A DNA stretch of 32,000 nucleotides from Candidatus Saccharimonadota bacterium (GTDB taxonomy: Bacteria; Patescibacteriota; Saccharimonadia; Saccharimonadales; Saccharimonadaceae), in assembly GCA_049296095.1 (NCBI GenBank), contig JBAQRV010000001.1, positions 150,001 to 182,000 of the forward strand, read 5' to 3'. The notes under the pieces are model-generated. The model did not search any database, was not told the origin of the DNA, and saw nothing but the letters and a program-made list of their open reading frames with translations. A program made the position numbers and the translations under genes. Shown here piece after piece: positions 1 through 9,679 of this stretch (position 1 is its first letter; every line of letters starts with the position of its first letter).

Positions 1-3000
1 TGGCGAGTCCAGTTGCGCACATCTGGTTTATGCGCGGAACTCCTTCTGCAATGTCACTATTGCTTGGAATTACCGTTCGTAACCTCGAGCGTATCGCTTA
101 CTTTGCAACCTACGTTGTATTGAAATCAGACGAAGAAACTCGTGACAAGTTCCTTGCCGATCTCGAAGCCGAGACCGAAGCGGGACGTGCTGCGATCAAG
201 ATTCGCTATGAAAAAGAAGCTGAAGCTGAAGGCGCTGACGTAAAAACTCTCGCTGAAGCAATGACTCGTGAGACTGAAGAGTTGAACGAGAGCTACCTCG
301 CGAAGAAGACACAGCTTGAGAGCCTTGTAAAGAACTCTCTCATGAGCGAAGTTGATTATCGAAACCTTCCAGAAGAGTACCAGGATCTCATTGAAGTTGG
401 TATGGGTGGCCAGGCATTGAAGGCACTGCTTGATGCGATCAACCTGAGCGAACTTATCGCTGAGCTGACTGAAGAAGTTGCTGGTGCTAAGGGGCAACGC
501 GAGAAGAAACTTCTCAAGCGCCTGAAGGTGCTTGAGGGTATGCAATCTGCAGGTATCAAGCCATCAAGCTTGACCCTGACTGTGCTTCCAGTGATTCCTC
601 CGGACCTTCGTCCAATGGTGCAGTTGACCGGTGGTCGTTTCGCGACCTCTGACCTTAATGACCTTTATCGTCGCGTTATCAACCGTAACAACCGTTTGAA
701 GAAACTGATCGAGCTCAACGCTCCTGAGGTGATTCGCCGAAACGAAATGCGTATGTTGCAAGAAGCAGTTGATGCTTTGATCGACAACTCAGCAGCTCGT
801 GGTGGCCGTGCGGTGAACGCAACTGGTGGACGACGCCGTCTGAAGTCAATCTCTGACATGCTCAAGGGTAAGCAAGGACGATTCCGTCAGAACTTGCTTG
901 GTAAGCGTGTCGACTACTCTGGACGTTCTGTAATCGTTGTTGGTCCAAAGCTAAAGATTAGCGAATGTGGTCTGCCAAAGCAGATGGCACTCGAACTCTT
1001 TAAGCCGTTTGTGATTCACTGGTTGATTGCTGGGGAATATGCCCACAACATCCGTTCAGCTACTCGTTTGATCGAGTCAGGCGAAGCGATCGTTTGGGAT
1101 GCCCTCGACGCCGTGATTGAAGGTAAGTACGTTCTTTTGAACCGTGCGCCGTCACTTCACCGATTGTCAATCCAGGCTTTCATGCCTAAGTTGGTTGAAG
1201 GTAAAGCTATTCAACTTCACCCACTGGTTGCGAACGGTTTCAACGCCGACTACGACGGTGACCAGATGGCAGTTCACCTTCCTTTGAGCCGTCAGGCACA
1301 ACAGGAAGCTCGTGAGCTGATGAGCGCGACAGCCAACCTCCTAAAGCCAGCTGATGGTGCGCCTGTCCTCTCTATCGCTCAGGACATTGTCCTCGGTAAC
1401 TACTACTTGACCTACGACAAGCCAAGTGCGCAAACTGACGTCCGCAAGGCTTACAGTTCTGTCTATGAGGCTGAAATGGCATATGAGAACAAGGTGATTC
1501 AGCTTCAGACCCCAATCCGCGTTATGACCAAGGGTGAAGTTCGTGATACGACACTGGGACGAGTCTTCTTTAATGAGATTCTGCCAGCTGAATATCCATA
1601 CGACAACAATGTCCAGACCAAAAAGCAACTCAAGAAGGTACTTAATAACATCTTCTTGCAGTATGGTGCTGAAATGACCGCGCAGACTGCTGACCGCATG
1701 AAGGGTATGGCCTTTCGCTTTGCGACCGTCGCTGCCGTATCAACAGGTAAGGATGACTACATTGAATTCGAAGAGACGGCTGAATTCATCGCCGAAGGTG
1801 ACGCGAAAACGACACTGATTAGCGAACAATTCAACCAAGGTCTCATCACCGAAGATGAGCGTTACACCCTCACCGTTGCGACCTGGCGTGGTGTGGTTCG
1901 AAATATTACTGAGTTCCTTCAAGAGAAGCTCAAGGGCATGGATACCAGTGTCTCTGTCATGGTGAACTCTGGTGCTCGTGGTGATATTTCAAACGTCCAG
2001 CTAGCAAGCGCTATGATCGGTATCATGGTCGATGCGACCAACCGTGAAATTGAGCTGCCAATTCGTTCGAGTTACAAGAAGGGTCTGTCATCACTTGAGC
2101 AGTTCGTGGCCACTCGTGGTTCACGTAAGGGTCTGATTGACACCGCGCTTAAGACTGCTGACTCTGGATACCTAACACGACGTTTGGTAGACGTTTCTCA
2201 GGATGTCTTCACCGTTGAAGATACTGCAGGTGACGACGAAGGCTTTACGATCTACCGATCTGAGTCTGAACTGACTATGATCGACTTTGGAAACCGTCTC
2301 TACGGACGATTTGCGGCAGAAAACATCGGCAACTACGTTAAGGCAGGTGAGCTCATTACGCGTGAGATTGCTAACCAAATTGATGTTGACGCTGATATTA
2401 CCGAAGCTAAGATTCGTTCGGTACTCTCAACTAAGAATCTCCGCGGCGTGCCTCAGACTAGCTACGGTATCGATATGTCTACTAACAAGCTTGTCGCGAA
2501 AGCGCAGCCAGTTGGTGTTATCGCTGCCCAATCAGTCGGTGAACCTGGTACCCAGCTAACGCTTCGTACTTTCCACGCCGGTGGTGTGGCCGAAAGTGAC
2601 ATCACCCAGGGTCTCCCTCGTGTTGAAGAGTTATTCGAAGCCCGTTCACCAAAGGGTCAAGCCTTCATGACGGAAGTGACTGGACTCGTTGAGCAGTGGG
2701 AAGATGGCAAGAAGTATATCGTTCAGGTTACTCCTGAAGCAGGACATGTTGAGCGCATCGCGCTTGAAGGACGAACTGCTTCGATTAAGAACGGCAGCAC
2801 CGTAAAGGTCGGAGACGTTCTCGCCAGCGGCGAAAGCGAATCAAAGCCACTGGTTGCACCGTTTGATGGAGTGGTTGAAGTGACTGATGAGCACCTGGTG
2901 CTTGCTGCTAACGCTAGTTCACCAGTTCGTTACGAAGTCCCAGGTAACTACCAGTTGATGGTGAAATCAGGTGACGTTGTTGAAGCTGGTGACCGCCTGA

Positions 3001-3539
3001 CGAATGGTTCATTGAACCTGCATGACCTAATGCGCCTCAAGGGTATCGAAGCGACACAGCGCTACATCATCAACGAAGTGTTGCGTATCTACGCGGCGCA
3101 GGGTCAAGACGTGGCTGACAAGCACCTCGAGATCATCGTTCGACAGATGTTTAGCCGTGTTCAGGTTGAAGATCCAGGTGACAGTGCCTTTGTCACAGGT
3201 GATATCGTCTCGAAGGCTGCAGTGGTTGAAAGCAATGATGCTTTGGCCGCTGAAGGCAAGGAACAGATCGCCTTTACGCAACTGCTTCTTGGTATCACGA
3301 AGGTCTCAATCTGGTCTGATAGCTTCCTGTCGGCTGCATCGTTCCAAGACACGACTCGTGTCCTGATCAACGCTGCTGTCTCAGGTCGTATCGACCGATT
3401 GCACGGACTCAAGGAAAACGTGATCATCGGACGCAAGATCCCTGTCGGAACCGGTGTTGATAGCGCAACCGCGCTTGATACGCTTGATGAGGACGTGGTG
3501 ACGGCTGAGATTGCGGAAGACCTCGAGCTCGCTGCTTAG
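1..3539 (+). CDS. rpoC: DNA-directed RNA polymerase subunit beta-prime, 5'-truncated by the window edge
   Basis: Frame 3 is open from nt 3 (..[14 protein letters not shown]..), so the listed ATG at 30 is internal. Contains the catalytic [12 protein letters not shown] block and conserved [23 protein letters not shown] / LHRLSIQAF blocks. Stop TAG at 3537-3539. Confidence 0.98.
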   Translation, partial: ASPVAHIWFMRGTPSAMSLLLGITVRNLERIAYFATYVVLKSDEETRDKFLADLEAETEAGRAAIKIRYEKEAEAEGADVKTLAEAMTRETEELNESYLAKKTQLESLVKNSLMSEVDYRNLPEEYQDLIEVGMGGQALKALLDAINLSELIAELTEEVAGAKGQREKKLLKRLKVLEGMQSAGIKPSSLTLTVLPVIPPDLRPMVQLTGGRFATSDLNDLYRRVINRNNRLKKLIELNAPEVIRRNEMRMLQEAVDALIDNSAARGGRAVNATGGRRRLKSISDMLKGKQGRFRQNLLGKRVDYSGRSVIVVGPKLKISECGLPKQMALELFKPFVIHWLIAGEYAHNIRSATRLIESGEAIVWDALDAVIEGKYVLLNRAPSLHRLSIQAFMPKLVEGKAIQLHPLVANGFNADYDGDQMAVHLPLSRQAQQEARELMSATANLLKPADGAPVLSIAQDIVLGNYYLTYDKPSAQTDVRKAYSSVYEAEMAYENKVIQLQTPIRVMTKGEVRDTTLGRVFFNEILPAEYPYDNNVQTKKQLKKVLNNIFLQYGAEMTAQTADRMKGMAFRFATVAAVSTGKDDYIEFEETAEFIAEGDAKTTLISEQFNQGLITEDERYTLTVATWRGVVRNITEFLQEKLKGMDTSVSVMVNSGARGDISNVQLASAMIGIMVDATNREIELPIRSSYKKGLSSLEQFVATRGSRKGLIDTALKTADSGYLTRRLVDVSQDVFTVEDTAGDDEGFTIYRSESELTMIDFGNRLYGRFAAENIGNYVKAGELITREIANQIDVDADITEAKIRSVLSTKNLRGVPQTSYGIDMSTNKLVAKAQPVGVIAAQSVGEPGTQLTLRTFHAGGVAESDITQGLPRVEELFEARSPKGQAFMTEVTGLVEQWEDGKKYIVQVTPEAGHVERIALEGRTASIKNGSTVKVGDVLASGESESKPLVAPFDGVVEVTDEHLVLAANASSPVRYEVPGNYQLMVKSGDVVEAGDRLTNGSLNLHDLMRLKGIEATQRYIINEVLRIYAAQGQDVADKHLEIIVRQMFSRVQVEDPGDSAFVTGDIVSKAAVVESNDALAAEGKEQIAFTQLLLGITKVSIWSDSFLSAASFQDTTRVLINAAVSGRIDRLHGLKENVIIGRKIPVGTGVDSATALDTLDEDVVTAEIAEDLELAA

Positions 3540-3556
3540 GTACATCTGTGTTTAAG

Positions 3557-3590
3557 AGAGAATGCCTTCCGTATGGAAGGTATTCTCTTT
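3557..3590 (+). terminator. Hairpin terminator candidate downstream of rpoC
   Basis: AGAGAATGCCTTCC (3557-3570), loop GTAT, GGAAGGTATTCTCT (3575-3588): a 14-bp stem with one G-T pair. It is followed by TT-ATGCTT, a weak T-run. Confidence 0.6.
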
Positions 3591-3665
3591 ATGCTTGTGT
3601 GTAATGCCCCGCAGTGGTAACTTAAGGAATAAATGAAAAGGAAGCCGGCATCCGGCTAAGGTTTA

Positions 3666-4373
3666 TTGTTGAAGGATGCCCAAAGAGATATGCAAGCAGG
3701 AGATAGACTAAGTACCTTCATCACACCCTTTATGTTTGATGAGGGGAAAGAGGTTAGTATCGAAAAAATGACCGAAACACTTCGGTTCTTTCTCGAGATG
3801 TCTGTGGGTATATTACAAAAATATGCAGATGATGTTGATACAATCGAAGTGCTAGAAGAAAGTGGGTTTGTAACAGTATTAGAGCTTTCATTAAGAGTAA
3901 CCTCAAGCGATGGCTCCTATCTACATATATTGATATTTGGACATAAGCAAGGTACGGCTATCCTTGACTTAGGCATTTCTATTATCGAGCATGGCCCTAA
4001 GGGAGAGTACATCGGAGGATATCAATACGTAGCGGAAGGTATTGAAGTCCGCCGCTCAAGTACTCGCCTAGCCGATTCTGAAGAGGAGCAAGATGAAGAC
4101 TCTACAATGAGCCATTTTAGCGTTCTCGACCTATACGCTAGTCGGGATGAATTATTTGAACTTATGATGGCAGAGGATGAAGAAACGAAGCGCATTGGAT
4201 TGGAAACAAAAACTGCTATAGAGCAGGATGCCGAGCTTGATGCCTGGGAAGAAGAAATGGGATTTGATAATCAGCCAATTGCAAAGGATGAGCTTGAGAA
4301 AGTAGAAGCTATCTTAAGATCGGCAGAGCTATTTCCCTTGCCTCATCGCCAACTTGGGGGCGACACCGCTTAA
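3666..4373 (+). CDS. Hypothetical protein with strongly acidic C-terminal half (no recognised domain)
   Basis: 708-nt ORF in an otherwise non-coding gap between rpoC and rpsL. The ORF-track start is TTG at 3666; the first ATG is at 3690. An 86-aa stretch (nt 4071-4328) has 29 D/E versus 7 K/R by my count. AT-rich relative to flanking genes (spot count 21/60 G+C in line 3841). Confidence 0.6.
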   Translation: MLKDAQRDMQAGDRLSTFITPFMFDEGKEVSIEKMTETLRFFLEMSVGILQKYADDVDTIEVLEESGFVTVLELSLRVTSSDGSYLHILIFGHKQGTAILDLGISIIEHGPKGEYIGGYQYVAEGIEVRRSSTRLADSEEEQDEDSTMSHFSVLDLYASRDELFELMMAEDEETKRIGLETKTAIEQDAELDAWEEEMGFDNQPIAKDELEKVEAILRSAELFPLPHRQLGGDTA

Positions 4374-4555
4374 CCATTTACTAATCTGTGGATTTCTGCT
4401 ATTATTATTGATGAGTTTCCGCCCATCTATTACGAGTTAATGTACAAGGTTCGTAATCGAGATAGGCACCACTTTCGAAGAATGCTGATCTGAGAGAGTA
4501 ACCATACGATCATCTGATCGTCAATTAATCTGTAATAAGGGAAGTTTATTTAAAC

Positions 4556-4969
4556 ATGCCAACTATCAACCAACTCGTGCGTAAGCCACGAAAGACCGCT
4601 AACGCGAAGAGTAAATCTCCTGCACTCGGTCGTATTCACAATGCGCTCAAAGTTCGTTATTACAACCAGGACGCTCCTTTGAAGCGTGGCGTTTGTATTA
4701 AAGTAACCACCAAGACACCAAAAAAGCCTAACTCGGCCCTCCGTAAGGTTGCTCGTGTTCGTTTGACCAACGGTCAAGAAGTCTGGGCTTACATCGGTGG
4801 TGAAGGTCATAACCTCCAGGAACACGCCGTTGTGCTGGTTCGTGGTGGTCGTGTGCCAGACCTTCCAGGTGTTCGTTATCACATCGTTCGTGGCGCCCTT
4901 GACCTTCAAGGTGTCGCCAACCGTAAGCAGGGTCGTAGCAAGTACGGCGCTAAAAAGGATGACAAGTAA
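4556..4969 (+). CDS. rpsL: 30S ribosomal protein S12
   Basis: [13 protein letters not shown]..., [29 protein letters not shown] and [12 protein letters not shown] signatures. Carries an extra ~13-aa insertion and a Pro at the K88-equivalent position (see findings). Confidence 0.97.
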   Translation: MPTINQLVRKPRKTANAKSKSPALGRIHNALKVRYYNQDAPLKRGVCIKVTTKTPKKPNSALRKVARVRLTNGQEVWAYIGGEGHNLQEHAVVLVRGGRVPDLPGVRYHIVRGALDLQGVANRKQGRSKYGAKKDDK

Positions 4970-5448
4970 TGCCTCGTAAAGTCACCGTTAGCCTCCAACG
5001 TATTCCAAATCCAGACCGCAAGTACCAAAGCGTGATGGTGCAGCGTTTGATCAACAAATCAATGCTTGATGGTAAGAAAATGCTTGCCGAACGTGCTGTC
5101 TACGAAGCACTGGAAGTCGCTGCCAAGAAACTTGATAGCGAAAACCCACTCGAAGTATTTGAGCGAGCGCTCAAGAATGTTTCACCAAACTTCGAAGTTA
5201 AATCTCGTCGTGTTGGTGGTGCGAACTACCAGATTCCATTCCCAGTTGCTGGACACCGTCAGCTCCACTACGCCTTCACTTGGCTTGTCCAAGCAGCACG
5301 TGGTCGTAAGGGTATCCCTTACTCACAGCGCCTTGCGCTTGAGATCGTCGATGCCTACAACGAAACTGGTGCTGCCTTCAAGAAAAAAGAAGACACCCAC
5401 AAAATGGCCGAAGCCAACCGTGCTTTTGCTCACTTTGCTCGCGGATAA
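4969..5448 (+). CDS. rpsG: 30S ribosomal protein S7
   Basis: Start overlaps the rpsL stop (TAATG). 159 aa with the S7 blocks KSMLDGKK, VKSRRVGGANYQIPFPV and AFAHFAR. Confidence 0.97.
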   Translation: MPRKVTVSLQRIPNPDRKYQSVMVQRLINKSMLDGKKMLAERAVYEALEVAAKKLDSENPLEVFERALKNVSPNFEVKSRRVGGANYQIPFPVAGHRQLHYAFTWLVQAARGRKGIPYSQRLALEIVDAYNETGAAFKKKEDTHKMAEANRAFAHFARG

Positions 5449-5470
5449 CACCAAAGAACTGGCAAATATT

Positions 5471-5497
5471 CCGGTCTGAGAAGGCCGGTTTTTTGTT
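5471..5497 (+). terminator. Rho-independent terminator after rpsG
   Basis: CCGGTC (5471-5476), loop TGAGAA, GGCCGG (5483-5488), then TTTTTTGTTTT. Confidence 0.8.
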
Positions 5498-5511
5498 TTA
5501 ACTGCTCATGC

Positions 5512-5539
5512 TTGTATTTGTATGTATATGTACTAGAAT
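5512..5539 (+). promoter_or_regulatory. Sigma70-like promoter placing the TSS at or next to the ATG of the 225-aa ORF (leaderless layout)
   Basis: TTGTAT (5512-5517), 16-nt spacer, TAGAAT (5534-5539). Only 8 nt separate the -10 box from ATG 5548, and no SD is present. Confidence 0.5.
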
Positions 5540-5547
5540 GAAGAACC

Positions 5548-6225
5548 ATGATTCCTCGAATACCAGCAGAATTCCGTATACCGACCAATCAAACAATTGA
5601 TGATCTTATTGCTGGCGTAGATAGTGATATAAAAGAAGAGGGAAGCGTACGGTCATTCTTGGGTATAATTCGGTTCGACCGACAAAATAGTCAGGCGTTT
5701 TACCATAAGGTGCTTTATCCTTCTACATATTTTGCACTCACACTTGAACTAAGAGATAGTGATGAAAACTTACGAGACCGCCAGCATAGATTAGCGAATG
5801 CAGTACTATCAGGGATGATCTTTGGCCACATTATTAATGAGTCAACGTACCCAGGGGTTGGGCGTAGCCATTTTCCTTATGACAAGATTTGGGTTAATAA
5901 TAATCTGCTAGGAGCTTATAAGGAAAGCTTTGAATCGCATGATGGTATTAAAACGGTAGAGGGAAGGAGGGTCGGCTACTATGCCATGGCACGTACTGCA
6001 ATCCAGGATCTCTCAGATGAATCTTTTGCGAATTTAGAAAAGTGGTCGGAAGATCTCATCCCTGAAGCTGTCTATAGACCGAATTTTACACTAGGATTCG
6101 GGACGGCAATATATAGTGGATGGGATTATTATACTGACAGGTTACTAGCTGAAGGTCGGGGTGACGAATTTATGGTTGCACCCGCCGGATTACCCTCTCC
6201 AAACGATGACCCACTACAAGCCTAA
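5548..6225 (+). CDS. Hypothetical protein, 225 aa (no recognised domain)
   Basis: Clean ATG-initiated ORF between rpsG and fusA. AT-rich (spot count 21/60 G+C in line 5881). Flanked by the rpsG terminator and its own promoter-like signal. Confidence 0.65.
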   Translation: MIPRIPAEFRIPTNQTIDDLIAGVDSDIKEEGSVRSFLGIIRFDRQNSQAFYHKVLYPSTYFALTLELRDSDENLRDRQHRLANAVLSGMIFGHIINESTYPGVGRSHFPYDKIWVNNNLLGAYKESFESHDGIKTVEGRRVGYYAMARTAIQDLSDESFANLEKWSEDLIPEAVYRPNFTLGFGTAIYSGWDYYTDRLLAEGRGDEFMVAPAGLPSPNDDPLQA

Positions 6226-6270
6226 AAGTTTTATCCCCGTATTATTTATAGCCAGTTTTTTGTTTTAGGC

Positions 6271-6300
6271 TTTACAAATATCATTCCGCTCGTGTATAAC
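6271..6300 (+). promoter_or_regulatory. Sigma70-like promoter upstream of the ~260-aa ORF
   Basis: TTTACA (6271-6276), 18-nt spacer, TATAAC (6295-6300). Confidence 0.5.
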
Positions 6301-6351
6301 AAAGACAAATGGGAATAAACACAAACACGATGAAAGGCCTTGGTTACTAAT

Positions 6352-7134
6352 ATGACGATAGAGCGTGTGCGTCCCGATGACGTAACGCGCTCACGCCGCC
6401 TGCCACCACTTGAAGCCTGGAAGAAGCCGGATAAGTGGATTGATATCTCTAGCGGTCTAGCTAGGAGAGATGCACCTAGACTCGTGTTTGCTGCTGATGA
6501 TCGTGGTTTTGTTAGACCAGATCAAATTGTAGAGTCGATTACCGATACCTTATTCTGGAATGATTACGATTGGCCATTTGAGCCTGGCGATGTAGAGACA
6601 CGGCCTGACGAGCATCACTTTTACTACGAAAGAAAGAAGTACTTGGTCGACGCAAATCATGGAGATGAGATTCCGCATCAATTTCGCGAACTACCAACTT
6701 CAATAGGAAGAATGCCTCGACAATTACATAATGCAATTCACGATTTTTCACTTCCACCTGAAAAGCCAGATAATGAAGCAATGCGAGAATATGTCGGCTC
6801 GTATCAATTGGCGCATGAGGCGTTTAGAAAAATGTTCAAGAGAGCGAAGCGAGTATTGCATCATATAGATATGCCTTATGATATGGCGCCGTTTGACATA
6901 AATGAGAAAAGGATGGATCCGATTGATGAAGCCTTTATGCAAAGCTTCTTTTCAGAGCACTTTAAAACATACAGTGTTTCTATAGAATTATTCCGTGTTG
7001 CATCCCAGAACATTGACCTCGAACAGTATATCCTTGAAGCACATCGACAACGGATGATCGAGTTTGCTGAGCGTATTGGGGATTTTGCTAGTCAGAAATA
7101 TTTTAACTTCACCCCTCTTCTGCAAGCGGCATAA
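6352..7134 (+). CDS. Hypothetical protein with a D-E-H-H ... N ... H-N-A-I-H motif (possible His-Me finger / HNH-EndoVII-like fold; speculative)
   Basis: ORF is open from TTG 6340; the first ATG is at 6352. DEHH is at nt 6607-6618 and LHNAIH at nt 6724-6741, with ANHG between them. No other recognisable domain. Confidence 0.6.
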   Translation: MTIERVRPDDVTRSRRLPPLEAWKKPDKWIDISSGLARRDAPRLVFAADDRGFVRPDQIVESITDTLFWNDYDWPFEPGDVETRPDEHHFYYERKKYLVDANHGDEIPHQFRELPTSIGRMPRQLHNAIHDFSLPPEKPDNEAMREYVGSYQLAHEAFRKMFKRAKRVLHHIDMPYDMAPFDINEKRMDPIDEAFMQSFFSEHFKTYSVSIELFRVASQNIDLEQYILEAHRQRMIEFAERIGDFASQKYFNFTPLLQAA

Positions 7135-7169
7135 TATGGAGCCCACTACTGGTAGTTATTCAGAAATTC

Positions 7170-7178
7170 TGCTATAAT
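7170..7178 (+). promoter_or_regulatory. Extended -10 promoter element upstream of fusA
   Basis: TGcTATAAT matches the TGnTATAAT extended -10 consensus, 67 nt upstream of ATG 7245. No good -35 box. Confidence 0.5.
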
Positions 7179-7244
7179 GTAACTAAAGCGCTATTCTTTA
7201 TGGCAAAAAATATTTAGACAACTAAGAGAAAGAGATGACCAACT

Positions 7245-9335
7245 ATGGCCCAAGCTAACGTTCCACTAAAGGACTTCCGTAATATCGGTATTATTGCCCA
7301 CATTGATGCGGGTAAAACAACTACAACCGAAGGTATTTTGTACCGAACGGGTATTAGCCACAAAATCGGTGCGGTTCATGATGGTGAAACCACTACTGAC
7401 TGGATGGCTCAAGAGCGCGAACGTGGTATCACGATTACTTCTGCTGCCGTGACGGCTTTCTGGAAGGGTCACAAGATCAACATCATCGATACCCCTGGCC
7501 ACATCGACTTTACAGCCGAAGTTGAGCGTTCACTCCGTGTTCTTGACGGTGCGGTGACCGTTTTCGACGGCAAGATGGGTGTCGAAGCACAGACAGAGAC
7601 TGTTTGGCGTCAAGCTAACAAGTACGGCGTGCCTCGTATCTGTTTCATTAACAAGATTAACCAAATTGGTGGTGACTTCTACAAATCTCTCGACTCGATT
7701 CACCTGCGTCTTTCAAAGCACGCCCTGCCTATTCACCTTCCTATTGGGTTTGAAAAGGAAATCAACGGTGTTGTCGACCTCGTTGATATGAAGGCCTACA
7801 CTTACAATGACTTTACTGACCACGAACTAATGGTTGGTGAAATTCCTGCCGACATGCTCGAAAAGGCTAAGCATGCACGTAGCCTCTTGGTTGAAGCAGC
7901 CGTTGAAGCTGAAGATGAACTGTTTGAACGATTCTTGACCGAAGGTGAAGAGTCTATCTCTGTTGAGGATCTTAAGCGGGCCCTTCGTAAGCGAGTACTT
8001 GCTGGTGACTTTTATCTTGTCACTGGTGGAGATGGCCGTGGGGTGATTGTTGAGAAGGTTCTTGACCTCGTGAACGACTACCTGCCATCACCGCTTGATG
8101 TTGAGGCTATTCAGGGTACTAACCCAAAGACTGGTGATCTCGTTGAACGCCAGCCTGCAGATAGTGAACCGCTCGCTGCACTTGCTTTTAAGATCGCAAC
8201 CGACCCATTTGTTGGACGACTTATCTTCGTTCGTGTCTACAGTGGTAAATTGACTGCCGGTAGTTACGTACTGAACACGACTACTGGTGACAAGGAGCGT
8301 ATCGGTCGCATCGTTCGTATGCACGCCGACAAGCGTGAAGACATCGATATGATTGGTGCAGGTGACATCGCTGCCGTCGTAGGCCTCAAGGACACCTTTA
8401 CTGGTGCCACCCTAGCGGACCCTGCGCATCCAATTTTGCTTGAATCAATCGACTTCCCAGAACCACCTGTTTCAATTGCTGTTGAGCCTAAGACCAAAGC
8501 TGACCAAGAGAAGATGGGTATTGCGCTGCAACGCCTGGCCGAAGAGGACCCAACCTTCCGTATTCACACAGACGAAGAGACTGGACAGACGATCATGTCT
8601 GGAATGGGCGAGCTTCACCTCGAGATCCTAGTTGATCGTATGAAGCGTGAATTCAATGTTGAAGCCAATGTTGGTGAGCCACAGGTTGCCTTCCGTGAAA
8701 CAATTCGCGGCATGGCTGAAGCCCAAGGTAAGCACGCCAAGCAATCAGGTGGACGTGGTCAGTATGGTGACGTCTGGATTCGATTTGAGCCGACTGAATC
8801 TGGTATTGGCTTTGAATTCGTTGATGAAATTAAGGGTGGTGTGGTCCCTCAGGAATACCGAAAGCCAGTTGAAAAAGGTATTCACGACACGCTCGATAGC
8901 GGTGTGATCGCCGGCTATCCAATGATCGGTGTCAAAGCAACCCTTTATGACGGTAGCTACCACGACGTGGACTCAAGCGAACTTGCCTTCAATCTGGCTG
9001 GTGTGTTGGCTGTCAAAGAAGGTATTCCAAAGGCAAAACCTGTTATTCTTGAGCCTGTCATGAAGGTTGAAGTATCAACCCCAGAAGACTTCATGGGTGA
9101 TATCATCGGTGACCTTAACGCTCGCCGTGGCCGTATCGATGCCATGGAAGACATTCCTGGTGGCGCCAAGCTGGTTCGTGCCTTTGTCCCTCTCTCAAAC
9201 CTGTTTGGGTACACCAATGACATTCGCTCGATGAGCCAAGGTCGCGCTGCATCAACTATGGAACTTGCTCAATACGAGGAAGTACCACCAAATGTTGCTG
9301 CCGAGATCATCGCCAAGCGAACCAACAAAGCCTAG
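7245..9335 (+). CDS. fusA: Elongation factor G
   Basis: 696 aa. G-domain motifs [17 protein letters not shown] and NKIN, plus EF-G domain IV/V blocks ([24 protein letters not shown]). Confidence 0.98.
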   Translation: MAQANVPLKDFRNIGIIAHIDAGKTTTTEGILYRTGISHKIGAVHDGETTTDWMAQERERGITITSAAVTAFWKGHKINIIDTPGHIDFTAEVERSLRVLDGAVTVFDGKMGVEAQTETVWRQANKYGVPRICFINKINQIGGDFYKSLDSIHLRLSKHALPIHLPIGFEKEINGVVDLVDMKAYTYNDFTDHELMVGEIPADMLEKAKHARSLLVEAAVEAEDELFERFLTEGEESISVEDLKRALRKRVLAGDFYLVTGGDGRGVIVEKVLDLVNDYLPSPLDVEAIQGTNPKTGDLVERQPADSEPLAALAFKIATDPFVGRLIFVRVYSGKLTAGSYVLNTTTGDKERIGRIVRMHADKREDIDMIGAGDIAAVVGLKDTFTGATLADPAHPILLESIDFPEPPVSIAVEPKTKADQEKMGIALQRLAEEDPTFRIHTDEETGQTIMSGMGELHLEILVDRMKREFNVEANVGEPQVAFRETIRGMAEAQGKHAKQSGGRGQYGDVWIRFEPTESGIGFEFVDEIKGGVVPQEYRKPVEKGIHDTLDSGVIAGYPMIGVKATLYDGSYHDVDSSELAFNLAGVLAVKEGIPKAKPVILEPVMKVEVSTPEDFMGDIIGDLNARRGRIDAMEDIPGGAKLVRAFVPLSNLFGYTNDIRSMSQGRAASTMELAQYEEVPPNVAAEIIAKRTNKA

Positions 9336-9344
9336 TACATCGAA

Positions 9345-9377
9345 ATACCCGGACCTAAAGAGCCGGGTATTTTATTT
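9345..9377 (+). terminator. Rho-independent terminator after fusA
   Basis: ATACCCGG (9345-9352), 10-nt loop, CCGGGTAT (9363-9370), then TTTATTT. Confidence 0.85.
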
Positions 9378-9396
9378 GGAATAAAGAATTGATTTG

Positions 9397-9402
9397 TAGA
9401 AT
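9397..9402 (+). promoter_or_regulatory. -10 box (TAGAAT) immediately upstream of the RadC-N ORF (leaderless layout)
   Basis: TAGAAT lies 7 nt upstream of ATG 9410. The -35 is weak (TTTGGA 9375-9380 with a 16-nt spacer). Confidence 0.4.
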
Positions 9403-9409
9403 GGGGGGT

Positions 9410-9679
9410 ATGGAGTTCGTACTATATCAGCGACCACGCGAAAAGCTACAGAGCAAGGGTGTTAAAGCGCTCTCTGTCGTCGAATTGCTCCAAGTTATCC
9501 TCGGGTCAGGTAGTCCTGATGCTTCAGGGGCAAAGATTGCGCGCTTGATTGAGAAGTTGATGATAGATAACGACGTCACGTATGAAACGCTGTTGTCGAT
9601 TCGAGGTGTCGGTAACGCAAAGACCTGTCAGATATTGGCCGCGTTTGAATTAAGTAAGAGAATGATGCCTCATGAATGA
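9410..9679 (+). CDS. RadC-family N-terminal (helix-hairpin-helix) region only; no JAB/MPN domain
   Basis: ..RPREKLQSKGVKALSVVELLQVILGSGS...IRGVGNAKTCQILAAFELSKR aligns block for block with the N-terminus of E. coli RadC/YicR as I recall it (PREK..G..AL...ELLA..L.TG......I.GIG.AK...L....EL.RR). The protein ends after ~90 aa without the HNHPSG JAB motif. Alternative starts: ATG 9401, TTG 9389. Confidence 0.75.
   Translation: MEFVLYQRPREKLQSKGVKALSVVELLQVILGSGSPDASGAKIARLIEKLMIDNDVTYETLLSIRGVGNAKTCQILAAFELSKRMMPHE

Noticed and set aside
126-3436. Numerous 60-139-aa ORFs on the minus strand or in alternative plus frames inside rpoC (for example 126-545, 1341-1628, 3027-3281).
   Set aside because: They lie entirely within a highly conserved beta-prime reading frame. 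Their translations are low-complexity with no start signals, so they are shadow ORFs.
3633-3659. Mini-ORF ATG-AAA-AGG-AAG-CCG-GCA-TCC-GGC-TAA upstream of the acidic-protein ORF.
   Set aside because: It is eight codons long and overlaps an AGCCGG-CAT-CCGGCT hairpin, with no evidence beyond an ATG. It is noted only as a possible leader feature.
5066-5479. A 137-aa plus-strand ORF in an alternative frame overlapping rpsG, and a 60-aa alternative-frame ORF at 4797-4979 overlapping rpsL.
   Set aside because: They are fully overlapped by conserved S7 and S12 frames, and their products are unlike any known protein.
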